Below are positions 12,854-25,900 of a DNA stretch of 64,000 nt, piece by piece. Made by a program: the position numbers and the translations under genes. Origin of the DNA: Elsinoe ampelina (Eukaryota); the NCBI GenBank assembly GCA_010093995.1, contig ML992502.1, forward strand, positions 1,109,001-1,173,000. The letters run 5' to 3'. Below the pieces are notes generated by a model, which searched no databases, had not been told where the DNA came from, and saw only the letters and a list, made by a program, of their open reading frames with translations. The first letter of the stretch is position 1, and every line of letters starts with the position of its first letter.

Positions 12854-14394
12854 TCAGTGACCGTACTTGATGAATAAGGGGTCTCGCAACAGATCTCTTG
12901 CAGCTGGCCTCGTCCGGGGATCGTAGTCAAAGACTCGGCGAAAGAATTGCAAAACTAGATCCAGCTCTTCGGCCGTAGTACTCGGACTTGTCAAATCATA
13001 GATCGTGTGCTCAAGGGGCAGCGGCGAATCTTCTTCGACATCTGGCAGCCCGAAATTTGCATCCCTGATGAGTCTGCTCGGGAGAGGTCCAAGACGTCTT
13101 GTCATGTCGTGTACGAGGTAACCAGGACCTTTTTCTCCTTCTCAGTGATTTCTGTATGAGAAGGGATGGCAGCCAGTAACAAGCTGAAAGATCTACTCCA
13201 ATCAGTCAATTCCATCTTGTAAGCGATGTACATACGCAGCAGCCCAGTGCCCAAACGTCGCTGGCTTGTGAAGGTGCAGAGAGATCCATAGCCAGTTCAG
13301 GGGCAAGGAAATCGGAAAGATAGTCATGTCGCTCGTCCATGACCCTGTTGGCTCTGCAGCCTGTCGAATGATCAGTAGCGCCTTCATCTGTACATCGTGG
13401 TTGTACGTACCGTGACCGAACCCGATGAGTACCAGCCGACCGTGTCCATCACAAAGATGCTCGCGGGAGTCTTACAGCAACGGGCGAGGTTGTACAGTAT
13501 ATCGTGGATAATGGGGCCCAAGCGGAAGTCGATTCTTTCGCTCCAGGTAGTCCTTGTTGCCAGCTGGCCACGTACGGGTGTGGGAGTCTAGCTCATCTGT
13601 CGATAAGTGCTGTATCGAATCTTTTCAGCGGTAGCAGAAGCGTCGTAAGCTGACCGCTGTGGTATATTAGATCCGTCGTAACAGAACGCCAATCACATAC
13701 TCACCACGATGAATGATCCCTCGGCTGTGCGTAGCATATAGAAGCTCGACCATACGCCTGGCTATGCGTACCTTGCTTCGCAAGTCCAGATGCTGCCCGG
13801 TCTTCTCAGCTGTCACGTCTCGTAGGTGCAGAATCTCCTTTAGATTCTGTCCGAGAGTCTCCATCACTGTAACAGGATGCATCCCATTTGGACCAGACAC
13901 TATGAAGTGATCATACACAGATGGGCATACAAGGCTATCCTCGGTGCCCGCACACGGGCTTGCTTGAAGTGTTCCCATTAGATCCTTCGCGTGGAACAGC
14001 TGCGTGGGCAGTGCCGCAAAGAATTTGAGGGCGACATATTGGTTTTTCCTGTTGTTGTTAGAATGGTCTCCATCACATTGTGACAGGTGGCGAACCTGTC
14101 GTCCAGAGCGAGCCAGACAGTCGAGTGCGAACCGTATCCTAGCTTGCGGATGATCCGGTATCGTTGTTCGTACACTTCATTGAGGTGTACTGGATGCAGA
14201 CCACCAGGATGGTAGTAGTGCTCGGCGGGCTCAGCTGAGGGTCTAACAGCTCTCAATTCCCACGTCTCCGGAGGCACAGGACTTATCAGGAAGTCACTTG
14301 GCTTGTGACGGTAGATGTTAGAGAAGCTTCGCGTGGACCTTGATAGAGGGATTGCGACTCTCGGGCGCCGAGCTGGTAGGGGTAAACGGAACAT
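12854..14394 (-). pseudogene. SRPK-like (CMGC) kinase pseudogene/pseudokinase with three in-frame stops
   Basis: Exons 14394-14096, 14048-13705, 13656-13411, 13360-13236, 13192-12854. Motifs YHPGGLHPVHL, RKLGYGSHSTVWLA, YVALK, GPNGMH, APE, SDVWALGC, DPRTRPAARDLL. HRD reads HRA, DFG reads GFG. Stops at 13625-13627 (TGA), 13472-13474 (TAA), 13142-13144 (TGA). Confidence 0.8.
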
Positions 14395-14680
14395 ATGTCA
14401 CGGTGGTCCGACAAACCGGACAATTGGTCAAGAGAAATGTACCTACCTCGGTGGCACAATTCTGTCACAGCGTCTAGCTCTGGTAGTCATTCAAGACGAA
14501 CGGGAGCAACCTTCTGCATCATGCATTGCTTCTGAGGAGAGAGGTCGTCTGCGTCGACCAATGCTGGTAGTATCTGCATGATGGAATATCTGGACAACCG
14601 TTCAAAAGCTCCACGTCGACCTCTCGGAAAGCTTCACATAGCTCCCCCTTCCCTTCGACTACCCATTGCATCTCGTCAAC

Positions 14681-17142
14681 ATGGCCGTCGCTACTGGTAG
14701 CTCTTTGTTCGAGGGCGAGACCGGTCGCAACACTCGTGGTCTTCTTCGCCTGGTCATTCTGCTTCTCATCGCCGCTGCAGCCATTTCGAGTCGTTTGTTC
14801 TCTGTAATTCGGTTCGAGAGCATTATCCACGAATGTATGTTTGAATCGATGGAAAACACCTTGATAGCTATTTCATGGAATTGGCATATCTACAAGTGTC
14901 GAGGAATATAACGAGGACTAATTATTGTCAGTCGATCCTTGGTTCAATTTTCGAGCGACAAAGTACCTCGTAGCAAATGGATTCTACAAGTTTTGGGATT
15001 GGTTCGATGATAGTAGGTATTCCAATTGAAGAGACAGCAGGCTAGATCTGACACACTCTGAAGGAACATGGCATCCGCTCGGACGTGTCACTGGTGGCAC
15101 TCTATACCCTGGTTTGATGGTAACCAGCGGTGTCATCTACCACATCCTCCGCTTCCTTAGCTTTCCAATCGACATCCGAAACATTTGTGTGCTCCTTGCG
15201 CCAGCATGCTCCGGTCTTACCGCATACGCCTCGTACCTGCTCACCTCTGAGATGTCGGAGTCGCCCTCTGCAGGTCTCCTCTCCGCAATCTTCATGGGCA
15301 TTGCTCCGGGTTATATCTCTCGTTCAGTCGCTGGAAGCTACGACAACGAAGCAATTGCTATCTTTCTGCTGGTGTTCACCTTCTACCTATGGATCAAGAG
15401 CTTGAAAGAGGGTTCGGCGATGTGGGCATCACTTTGTGCCCTCTTTTACGGATACATGGTTTCGGCGTGGGGTGGATATGTCTTCATCACCAACTTGCTG
15501 CCTTTGCACGCATTCGTCTTGATCTGCATGGGTCGATACAGCCCGAGGCTCTATGTCAGCTACACCACCTGGTACGCTCTGGGCACATTGGCAAGCATGC
15601 AGATTCCCTTCGTTGGCTTCTTGCCCATCCGCAACTCCGACCACATGTCTGCCCTCGGCATTTTTGGTCTGATCCAGCTTGTCGGCTTCACCGAGTACAT
15701 CAGACAGCAGCTCCCTAGCAGGCAGTTCCAGACCCTCCTTCGTGGCTTAGTCGTGACCGTATTCCTGGTAGCACTTGGAGGGCTTGTCCTGTTGACTGTC
15801 TCTGGAACCATCGCTCCCTGGTCTGGTCGCTTCTACTCTCTCTGGGACACCGGATATGCTAAGATACATATTCCTATCATTGCTTCCGTCTCGGAGCACC
15901 AGCCGACCGCATGGCCTTCATTCTTCTTCGATCTCAACATGCTCATCTGGCTCTTCCCTGCTGGTGTTTACATGTGCTTCCGCAACCTCCGGGACGAGCA
16001 TGTTTTCATCGTCATTTACGCAGTCCTTTCAAGCTACTTTGCTGGAGTCATGGTCCGTCTTATGTTGACTCTGACACCAGTGGTCTGCGTAGCTGCAGCT
16101 TTGGCGCTGTCACAAATCATCGACACCTTTGTGGCCATCAAGTCTCCCGATGAGCAGACGAAGGCCAATGGCAGCGCAGGCAACGGCGATGTGGCAAAGA
16201 CTGCCGCCTCATTGATCCCAGAGGGTCTGCGCTCCACGAGGACGCCTGTCGTTGGCATCTACTCTCTTGCATCCAAGATCACGATCACTGGTGTCACCAC
16301 AGTGTATTTGCTTCTCTTCGTATTACATTGCACATGGGTCACGTCGAACGCCTACTCATCACCCTCGGTCGTCCTGGCCTCCCGACTCCCGGATGGGTCC
16401 CAGCACATCATTGATGACTATCGCGAGGCTTACTACTGGCTCCGACAGAACACCCACCAGAATGCCAAGATCATGTCATGGTGGGACTATGGATACCAGA
16501 TCGGAGGCATGGCAGACCGACCTACGCTAGTCGACAACAACACCTGGAACAATACTCACATTGCGACTGTAGGAAAGGCCATGAGCTCACGAGAGGAGGT
16601 CAGCTATCCCATCATGAGGCAGCATGAGGTCGACTACGTGCTGGTGGTGTTCGGCGGTCTTCTTGGCTACTCAGGAGATGACATCAACAAGTTCCTGTGG
16701 ATGGTGCGCATCGCTGAAGGCATCTGGCCTGATGAGGTCAAAGAGCGTGACTTCTTCACTGCTCGCGGCGAATATCGAATTGACGAAGAGGCCACCCCGA
16801 CCATGAAGAACAGCTTGATGTAAGTGCTTACATTGTTGTAACAAGACCAGGCGATCTAATCTATGTCACAGGTACAAGATGTCTTACTATAACTACGAGA
16901 AGCTGTTCCCGGCTGGACAAGCAACCGACAGGGTGCGTGGCTCAAAGCTCCCATCGCAGGGCCCCGAACTCTCCACGCTCGAGGAGGCATTTACCAGTGA
17001 GAACTGGATTATCCGCATCTACAAGGTCAAAGATTTAGACAACATCGGACGGGACCACCAATCAGTGGCGGCATTCGAAAAGGGAAATAAGAGGAAGAAG
17101 ACAAACAAGCGCAGAGGTCCAAGGGTATTGAGAGTGGATTAG
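14681..17142 (+). CDS. STT3: Oligosaccharyltransferase catalytic subunit STT3
   Basis: [61 protein letters not shown] and DINKFLW motifs; introns near 14835-14931, 15013-15063, 16820-16871. Confidence 0.97.
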
Positions 17143-17605
17143 GGGATTGTACATCAAGACGGTCTGTATGCCTAACAAAAGCGACGAATTGTTCGCAAAG
17201 CAGAGAGCGTTTTCTTTATTTACCATCAATGCATGTAAAAGTAAACGATGAGGAAGGCAAGCATTGCGCTCCTGCAGTGGAGTGCTGTGGTCGTTCATCC
17301 ACTGCTCTTTCCTCACATGCGATTCGCAGCCAGATGTGTTTGTGCTCATTCGCTTTTTTGCCCCTCTCCTGCATTTCTCCAGCAGCACTATCTTGCATCA
17401 ACACCATTCATTGCGCTCGTCCGAACTCTTCAATACCTTGTCGCCTTTAGACCAGCCCACGGCTCGCTTTCGTGTCATCAATTCTGCAACTCAAGCCGAC
17501 ACTATGACCGTCCGCCTGTCGAAGCAGATCTCCCGGTCGAGATAGCACGTAAGTCATCCTCCAAGACCTTTTACCGAAAGCTGATCATTGGACTTTCGCT
17601 GAAGA

Positions 17606-18037
17606 ATGTGTGGCCACCACACTTCTCTTGCAGTCATTGTCGTTCCAGCTGTCCTTGGAGGCCTAGCCCTCAAACTCGCCATCATCGGCGGTCTCGTCGG
17701 CTGGCTTCGCCATCACGAACACAAAGAACGCCGAACCCTTGCCAACCTTGAACAATCAGCCAAAACTCACATTGAAGAGAAGACTGTCATCATTGAAAAT
17801 CGAGGACCCCAAGGTGGCGCAGTCGGTGTCGCAGAAGTCATCACCACCGGCCCTGCAGGTACGGCGGTCACTACAAGTCCGACTGTTGCTGGTGGTGCCG
17901 TGATAGTATCAACAACCACAGCAGGCATACCAGGTGGAGTCGTGAAGGTCGAGCCCGGCAAGACTGCTATCGTCAAGGCAGAACATCCTGTGGGCAAGCC
18001 GGAAGAGGCAAAGATTGTGTCGACAACGCATCAATAG
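17606..18037 (+). CDS. Small hypothetical membrane protein (143 aa)
   Basis: N-terminal hydrophobic segment LAVIVVPAVLGGLALKLAIIGGLVGWL followed by Val/Thr/Gly-rich tail; upstream GTAAGT donor at 17549 suggests a 5' intron, so the true start is uncertain. Confidence 0.55.
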   Translation: MCGHHTSLAVIVVPAVLGGLALKLAIIGGLVGWLRHHEHKERRTLANLEQSAKTHIEEKTVIIENRGPQGGAVGVAEVITTGPAGTAVTTSPTVAGGAVIVSTTTAGIPGGVVKVEPGKTAIVKAEHPVGKPEEAKIVSTTHQ

Positions 18038-18238
18038 TCACACGTGACAGGTCAGTTGTGGTAATTCCGTATCCTCACATTTCTCACCTCCTTCCGAACT
18101 TCACTTAAACATGCTCACGACCAGACTGCTCTCATGCCGACTGCCCGCTCTGCCATCAAAGCCGTTTACATCAATCATGTACACAGCTGACAGCGTTACA
18201 GAAAACCTGAGCTCACCTAGATCCTCCTCCTACGTCAG

Positions 18239-21200
18239 ATGAATCATACCTCTCTCGCGACATCCCTTTCGACATCCCAATTACCGCCCGGCTGGTTCGT
18301 GTGTGTATCGCCGGCCGCCGTCGAAGCCAATTCCACATCTCTGATTCCCCCGAACACATTTCAGGTCATTCCACCTCCACCTCGTCAAGGACCTACCTCG
18401 CCTACAACAAATTCGCAATCACCCTCAGATCTGCCACAAGCACAAACTCAAAGCAAGAGTCTCGTAGTCATGGATCGCACAAAGTCGAGGTCTATTACCA
18501 GCACCTGGAGAGCTGACCCTGGAGGTACTGCAATTCCGCCTCCGCCCATCATGTCTCCTCCTCCAATTGCTGGTCTCCAAGTTGGACCGTTTGCGCCGTA
18601 CACAGCCTTCACTACTAGGGGCTCCGACTTTGTAGTCCAGCATATCTGCGGTCGTTGCCGCAACCCTCGTTCAGTCAGCTACCATCGCGCTCATCCGGTC
18701 CCACTCGGCTTCCCGCCTCCGCCACCAAGCCTCTGTGGTAATTGTCGGCATGAGCTGGAAGCAGTTGACAAGCACCATAGCTCGTCACATGCTCACGAGA
18801 CGTATCAGTCCAACTCGCAGCCCTCAAGCAGATCCCGCCATCAACGCAGCAGGTAAGCTGCCTTACTGATTCTGTTTTTGAATATGGCCGCTGACGATAG
18901 TCGTAGGTCAGAGGTCCCAAGGTCTTCCAATCGTATCTCGATTCATCTACATCAAAATGTCGGCAATAGCGACGCTCAAAAGCCGTCGGTCTCTCGCGTT
19001 GTGGAAGAGAATGTTGAGCTCGCCGCCCCTCCCTCAGTCCATAAAGCAGCAACAACATCCCGTCAGCCAACGAATCATACCTCTACAGGACGCAATTCGA
19101 ATGCTCTCCAAGAAGAAGATCTTGGCTATGGATATGTGCAGAGCAAAAGGGCTCTATCTCCTCGAGAGGTACTGGCAGAAGCTCAGACTTTGGACCAAAT
19201 ACTCGAGAGCAAGACACAGGAGTGGGTAGCATCACAATCAACCGAGTCAAAAGCTCCTTCGCAGCAGCCTTCCCGCAGTGTGTCCCAAGCTGCTAAACCT
19301 GCCCCTCCCGCCTCGTCCTCCAAAGCAAGCAGCGGCAAGACAAAGTCCGAGAGTACCATCCGGAGGATCGCAAGAGAAGAGGTTGTCAAATACAGACAAG
19401 TTGAGCGTCAGGTCGAGAGTCACCCACAACCATATGCTCACGGCTGGGCCACTCAAGTCTCCGAGCAGGATCAAAAAAACAAGGCCGCACCAACCGCATC
19501 TCATGTTACCTCTCGGAGCGAACACACCTGGAAGGGTACGGCGAAGACGTCTGCTACTCACGAGTCTTCGGCTTGGCACCCTGTGCCCGCAAAAGCAGAT
19601 ACTGAGCCCGAAATTCAGCAACCTTGCGGGAGGGAAGCACCGCAGAAGTCGATGGTATCTCAGGGAGTATCGACAGACTGGACATGGCAGTCGAAAAGTG
19701 AACAGGCTACCAAGAAAGGTCCTCGATCTACCAAGAGCAGCGCTGCAAGGGTCGAGGACTTTGAGAGGGGTCCTCCACTATACCAACCCACCGAACAACA
19801 CCTCCGTGGTTCCTACGACAAGCCATCAGGAGAAAGTGGATACGAGAATGGCTCGTTCAGTCGTGTCTCTATCCGTCGTCGCCGATCATTCGAGACAGAC
19901 TATACCATTCAACCTGGCTCATCCATTAGCCAGCGACCACCTGTATACCTAGTCCAGCGGACCGATACGAGATCCGGAGCTTCCTACGATCTCGACCAGG
20001 TCGCCAAGGATGCCCGTCATATGGTGCCAGCATCTTACGACGATCGAAGATACGATTCAAGATCAGGAGATGGGAGAAGAGGTTCAGTCCAACCACAACA
20101 TGAGACGTCAGAACCGCCAAGGCAGCCAGCTGCCCCACCTCAGCCGATACCGCCATCACCAGCGCCGCCTGTTAGGACTCAGAAGGTCACTCTTCAATCG
20201 GAACGCCTTCAGTCTGAAGATATCGGCATCCGGGAAAGAGTCTCAAAATATGGTGCCGAGCAGTCGGAAGATCGTCCACCCTCCCCTCCATCACCGCCGC
20301 CAATGGCTTCTCGGTTCGCAGATGACCAGTGGACGTATGAGGAGGAGATCAGCCCAAATAGAATCAGGGTCATCCGCGAACGGCTGATTCGATCCCGTCC
20401 GACGTCTCCAGAGCGACCAGTTCCACCACAGGCCCCTACTGGACCCAAGGTCAAGCGCTATGAGATAGTCGAATCTGTGCGGTCAGTACCAGAAGATCGA
20501 GGCCGCACCAAAGTGAGAGATGGCGACGAGAAACCAAAGCAGCGGCTCCGCAGTATTCTCAGATCGCCAGGAGCGTCACAGTATGCGTCACATTACGATA
20601 GTCGCAATCCTCGAAGCGAGAGCATTAGTCGGCGTGTCTCGTTCTCGGAAGCCATCGATGTGACTATGCTCTCGCCTCCACCTTCATCCTCTAATCTGGG
20701 AGAATCATCAGGCAGAGAGCGTCGCCGAGGGAGCAGATCTGGCAAGACGCGCTACCCACGGTACGATGGTCCGGAGAGCAGCACATACGACGACGCTGAC
20801 GACGATGAGCGTTACTATTACGAGAGGACGCGAAGACCTGATCCACCAATGTCCTCACGCTCTACTGGAGTCGCCGAGACAGAGTCCGAAGCTGCTGATC
20901 GCCGACGTGCACTTGCTCGTGCTTTGAGCGAGTCACCGTCTAGAGAGCGTGGTATCCATGTCATCGATAGGTCGAGGAGATCAGATCGACGTTCCCAGTA
21001 CTCTCCAGAGCGAGGTCAGCGTTCAGAAGTAAGACCACCGCCAGAGCCTCTGTCGTACCCGCTACCCGGCTCTGGACCCGGATCCGATCACTCCGATGGC
21101 CTCGGACCGTATGCACCGTTCATCTCGCCAGGTTCATCGATGGCATCCAATGATGGGCGAGCTCCCATACTCATGAGTGGAGGTCTCTCCGGGTTCTCAA

Positions 21201-21697
21201 CAGTACGTCCACCCTCTCAGCGTACGGCGGACGTTGAAGGAACATCTCATGCTGCTTCGATTCCTCCTCAGCGTGTGCGGCCCCCTCAACAGCAGGATAT
21301 ACCGCCACCTCCGGTGGTCAATCGGCGAGTCAGTACTGCAACGGCTTCCCAGCCGATCAGATACGGCTCGGATACCTACGCTGAGCGTTCGAGATACAAT
21401 GAAGGGCAAGAGACTCGTGCCGCCTCGGACTTTCATCCCAGCCAACCTTCACGAGGTCAGAGATCTCCTTCACCACCACCCAGAACTCGAGTCCGTTCAA
21501 GCACTGTCTTGCGCGACGAACGATCTGGTACCACTCGTACCCGTGACTATGCTAACGATCGTGCACCAACCAGCAGCTACGATGACTGGAGGCCAAGCAG
21601 GACTGGTGGTCGTGGAAGCAGGACAGAGGATAGCAGGTATGAGAGCAGACACGATAGCCAGTATGATAGCAGGCGTGACGATAGACGTGGTCGCTGA
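18239..21697 (+). CDS. Large Pro/Ser/Arg-rich disordered protein (approx. 1,134 aa) with N-terminal CxxC...CxxC motif
   Basis: Exon 18239-18852, intron 18853-18906 (GTAAGC...CTGAC...TAG), exon 18907-21697 join in frame; motif HICGRCRNPRSVSYHRAHPVPLGFPPPPPSLCGNC. Confidence 0.75.
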
Positions 21698-22982
21698 GGG
21701 GTGGCAGGAGGGAGGTTGCGGCAAATGGGAGGTGTACGATACTTGTGGCTCGGCTCGGCTCAACGACTCACAGTCAGAGCAGGGGGAGCCAAGGGTGGAG
21801 GGAGAGCAAAGAGCGGGTCAATTCCAGCATGTGGCCAGAGCATACCATTCTAGACAGGTCCTAACGAATCACATGCTGACTATGTGACGTCGCTTCTCTA
21901 CCTGTGCGTATAATAGGTCGGCTTCAGCATTCTTAGCCATTGCTATGCTATTATTCTCGTCGTAACCTTTCGCCGACGGGACAGAGCTGTCTTCTAGGGC
22001 TGCTCGTCTACTCAGCTGAGTCGTACATCCCGGCACATACCACCAACAAGATGGCTCGCAGCCTGAGACGCTCAGACCTCTTTGGCCATTACTGGGAGTG
22101 TGAAGCGGCAAGAAAGGTGGACATAGGGGAGTCTAGTCACTTGGACTTCGGACACTGTCCCGTTGCCAACATTCAGTCGCGAGTGTGAGAGGCATGATGC
22201 AGCCTAGCATCGTTCTGTGACGGGGAGAGGCAGTCTATAGAGCATGAAGTAGGTAGATGAGTCCCTGCTCAAGGCCATGCTCGAACAGAAGAAGACCACA
22301 TCTGGCTAGTCAAGATACCCACCACTGATACTGCATGTCCAAGCCATCTGGTGCCGTCGTATGGACACTTTCAAGGGAGGGGGGTCCATCGTGTACAGTC
22401 CCGTGCGTGATGTCGGTCCCATCCGAAGCCTCCAACGCCTTCCGCGGCCTGATCTACGGTACCCTGCGTTGCCCTGCATGGGCCCATGTGTCAGGAATAG
22501 AAGCAGGGTCGCAATTCGACATGGCCCGGGGATGGGGTTCGGTGGTTTATGCTCGGCAGCCTTGTGCACTGTGCACGATAGACCTTACTCCGGGTCTACT
22601 GGGTCGCTTGTCTGGTGGGACATGCATGGGATTAGTTTTTGTGGTGGGGGAGGTGTGTTGGGTTGGAAATAGAAGCTGGAGAGGGAGATGTTGGTGTCAA
22701 GAAGTAGGAATTGATGGCGTTCGGTGTGGTGTCTTGAGCTGTTACCCATCCAGGAGCACCCTTTGATAGGAAGGCAGAAGGCAAAAGCATGGCGCGTTCT
22801 TCGTGATGCAGCAGAACATGGAGTTATGACATGTCATACGACATTGTACTTGACCACGATCTTGCTTCCGACAATGCTTGACTGCAGATGGAAACTTCCT
22901 CTGATAATCCTCAATCCCCCTGATGGAACCCTTTCCCGTTTTGTTTGTGCACAGGAGGGACTTTAGGTGCCGTTTGCAACAA

Positions 22983-25900
22983 CTAGGAAGGATGTCTTCT
23001 GATGAATGGCCGCGGAAGCCTAGGACGTAGCTGTGACCAATACCTGCTCCGCACGGCAATAGGTGTCCTGCCGTCCAACCTTTTCGCCATCTCGTGGAAG
23101 CTTGTGCCCCTCGACACACCATCCGCAACGATTTGGTCCTCCTCGTCGGTCCAGCGGCGTTTGGTCAAGTGCTTTTGTACCTCATTGTCGACGATGGTCA
23201 GGGGTTGAGGATCGACCGTGCTGTCCTGCTTCTTATTCTTGAGCCTTTGAAATCGACATTTCAGAGCGCCAGGCTGACAAGTTTGTTGCCTGGTCGGCGA
23301 CAAAGTCGATAAAATCTGTTGCCAGCTTTTACCCTCTGCTTTGCCTGCCATTATGAGGCTGTCTTCTTCAGCGGTATATCTAGCATTCACAACAGAGACA
23401 GGCATTTCCGGATTCTTCAGATTCAGGGCAACGGCATGAAAACTTACACCCTTTGCAGTACGAGTGGTGCCTAGTCTCTTGGCGACGTTTACGTACGATA
23501 GTCCTTCCTCCAGCAGTCGCCTTAGTTCTTGGTCTTCTGCAGCTGTCCACTCGACGTAGCGATTCGTCGGTAATACTGACTTTCTCTGTCTTAATTGCAT
23601 GTAGCGTCGCCTGATCGCATTTGAAGCGAAAGTAGATGGATTGAACCGAGAGCACATGTGAGTGGCGATATCAGTATACGACCAGTTGTCTGCTCTGAGG
23701 GAGAGGATTCGATGATCTTGAGCTTGCGTCCATTTGTGCCTCGTCGCCACAGGACCACGACTAGGTAGTCGCCGGTCGTTCTTTGATCGGTCTGAAACGG
23801 CATTTTGATGGCCACTATTTTCATCGCATAGCTCCATGTGCTGAGGAGTGCATACTCGCGCCTCTGGGCAAGGAGGATCCACGGCTTGTTGAGATGTGCT
23901 GTCGTCTGAGTCATCATCGTCGCCGTGGTCGGCTTCGGAGACTACCAAAGATACTTCCGATCTGCTCGCTCGACAATGCACGGCGCAGAAGTCGGCCGTT
24001 ATCGATACCAGATGATCATTATCATGGAGGTCCTGAAGACGGTCCTCACCGCTGACATTTCGACGCGCAGGGCAAGAACTTTCCGCCAGGGCGGCCCAAG
24101 TGTCGACCAGTAAGCGATACCTTGCTTGGTAGTACCAGATCTTTTGCACGTAGCTCCACTCAATATTGGCTGACACGAAGCCCATTTCGTGAAGAGTATG
24201 GCCAGATTGGTCTCCCACCTCCGAGAATATCGACGACGGAAATGGGAGTACAACACAACGCCCGTGACCACATACTGATCCTGTGCAGTATCCTGAAGCC
24301 AGACGCTGGTAGAGAAAGTGCCATGTCACTATGGATGTGAATTCTCTAGTTTGATTTCTGAGGGCGAGCCCCCCAAGCACATCTCGATTCCAGGGTCCTC
24401 CCCGAAAACCATCATGCTCTATCAATTGTGAGTCCGCGGGGACACCGACAGTGCTTGGAGCAACGTTGCTTACCACTGATTCCATCCCACACTGACTTGA
24501 CGAGCAGGTAACGGCGGCTGCTTTCCCAGAAATCCCGCAAACGCTTCGCGTCCCACGTCTTTCCGGAGCAGGCAGTACCTGTTGTGATGCGAGACAGTAT
24601 TGCCTGGATATCGATGTCTCCTTGGATCGCATAGCGTAGATCTGAATCGGATCTGAGCATCCCCATCTGCTCTATGTAGAGTTTAATGTGATACTGCGCA
24701 TTGAACGTGCGTTCAAGATCCGCAAACATACGGAACGGCATCTGCCATTCTCGTGCATATATGTTGAACCATGCACTTTTCAGGGCCGAGAACGAAAATT
24801 GAAGTCCAGAAGCCCACAAAGATTGTTGCACTCGAAGCAAACCATGTCTGAGCGGTCCAGTCATTGCACCTCCGTTGTGCATCTGCGAGAAAGCCGAGTG
24901 AACGAGTGGTATGTTGCTAAGCCGAACGTAATCGAAGGGAGCTCGTACCTTGACGCCAGTTTTGAGCGGACAGACTAAGTTCATTCCTCTGTATGGAGAG
25001 ACGGGCATATCGTGAGGCCGACTCGCACGTGCGAGATGAAGGCTTGGTAGCACATCAGCGCGCTTTGGAAAGCTGGAAATCGTAGCGCTGCCACGTATCG
25101 CTGTCAAGGCTGTCGAAAATCACGCAATCTATCGCCTCCATCAGCACGCTTAAACATTTCAGTTGAAGAGATTTCTGGAAACGACGGGAGGCGTCCACAA
25201 CTGTGACAGGGAAGCTGAAGCTGACACGAAATCGTGGAGCTTCATTAATGCGAGCAGTCTCCTCATGAAACCACAGTAGGTGCGTTGGTTTGTTCAGACG
25301 CTTTGCCACGACAGCATTATGGCCAGATACCAATGCTTCAGCGAGGAGATCCTTGTGTTGCACTAGTCGCTGTCTCAGCCCATGCAAAGAGACTGCACTC
25401 CCACAATATAGGTATCGTTCTGGGGTCGGTCCTTTAGACAGCACCTCGGCTATGTAGCCGCCTACATGCTCTGGCAGGTCGTCAACGCGGTCGAGATCCA
25501 CGGTGGGGACCGAATCAAGCAGTCCAGCAGACCAGTGCTGCTTACCGACCGCAATTTTGAGCTCCTTCGGCCTTACCACAGGATGCGAGATCAATCTTTG
25601 CAAGATTGACCATCGGTAGGGGGTGGCATTCTGACTGAGAAAGTCAAAGAGTACAGATGACATGTACTGACAGCGTCTGCCGTGTATACTGGTTGACTCA
25701 AGACATAGCTTGTCGCGCCAACAATTGATTATCTGAGCCTGCCAATCGTTGAATCTGGCTATATGTGATGCTTCCTCCGTACTTGAAACTGTACAATGGC
25801 TTAGACAGCTTGATACCAGAAGGCAGTGTTCATCGAAGAACAAAGACCAAGCTGGGAGGGTTCTTACCTTCCGTGGGCTCCGGACTAGCAAGGCTGTCGA

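Noticed and set aside
22306..22628. Possible two-exon small gene on the minus strand
   Set aside because: Splice-like signals exist but the product has no recognisable features.
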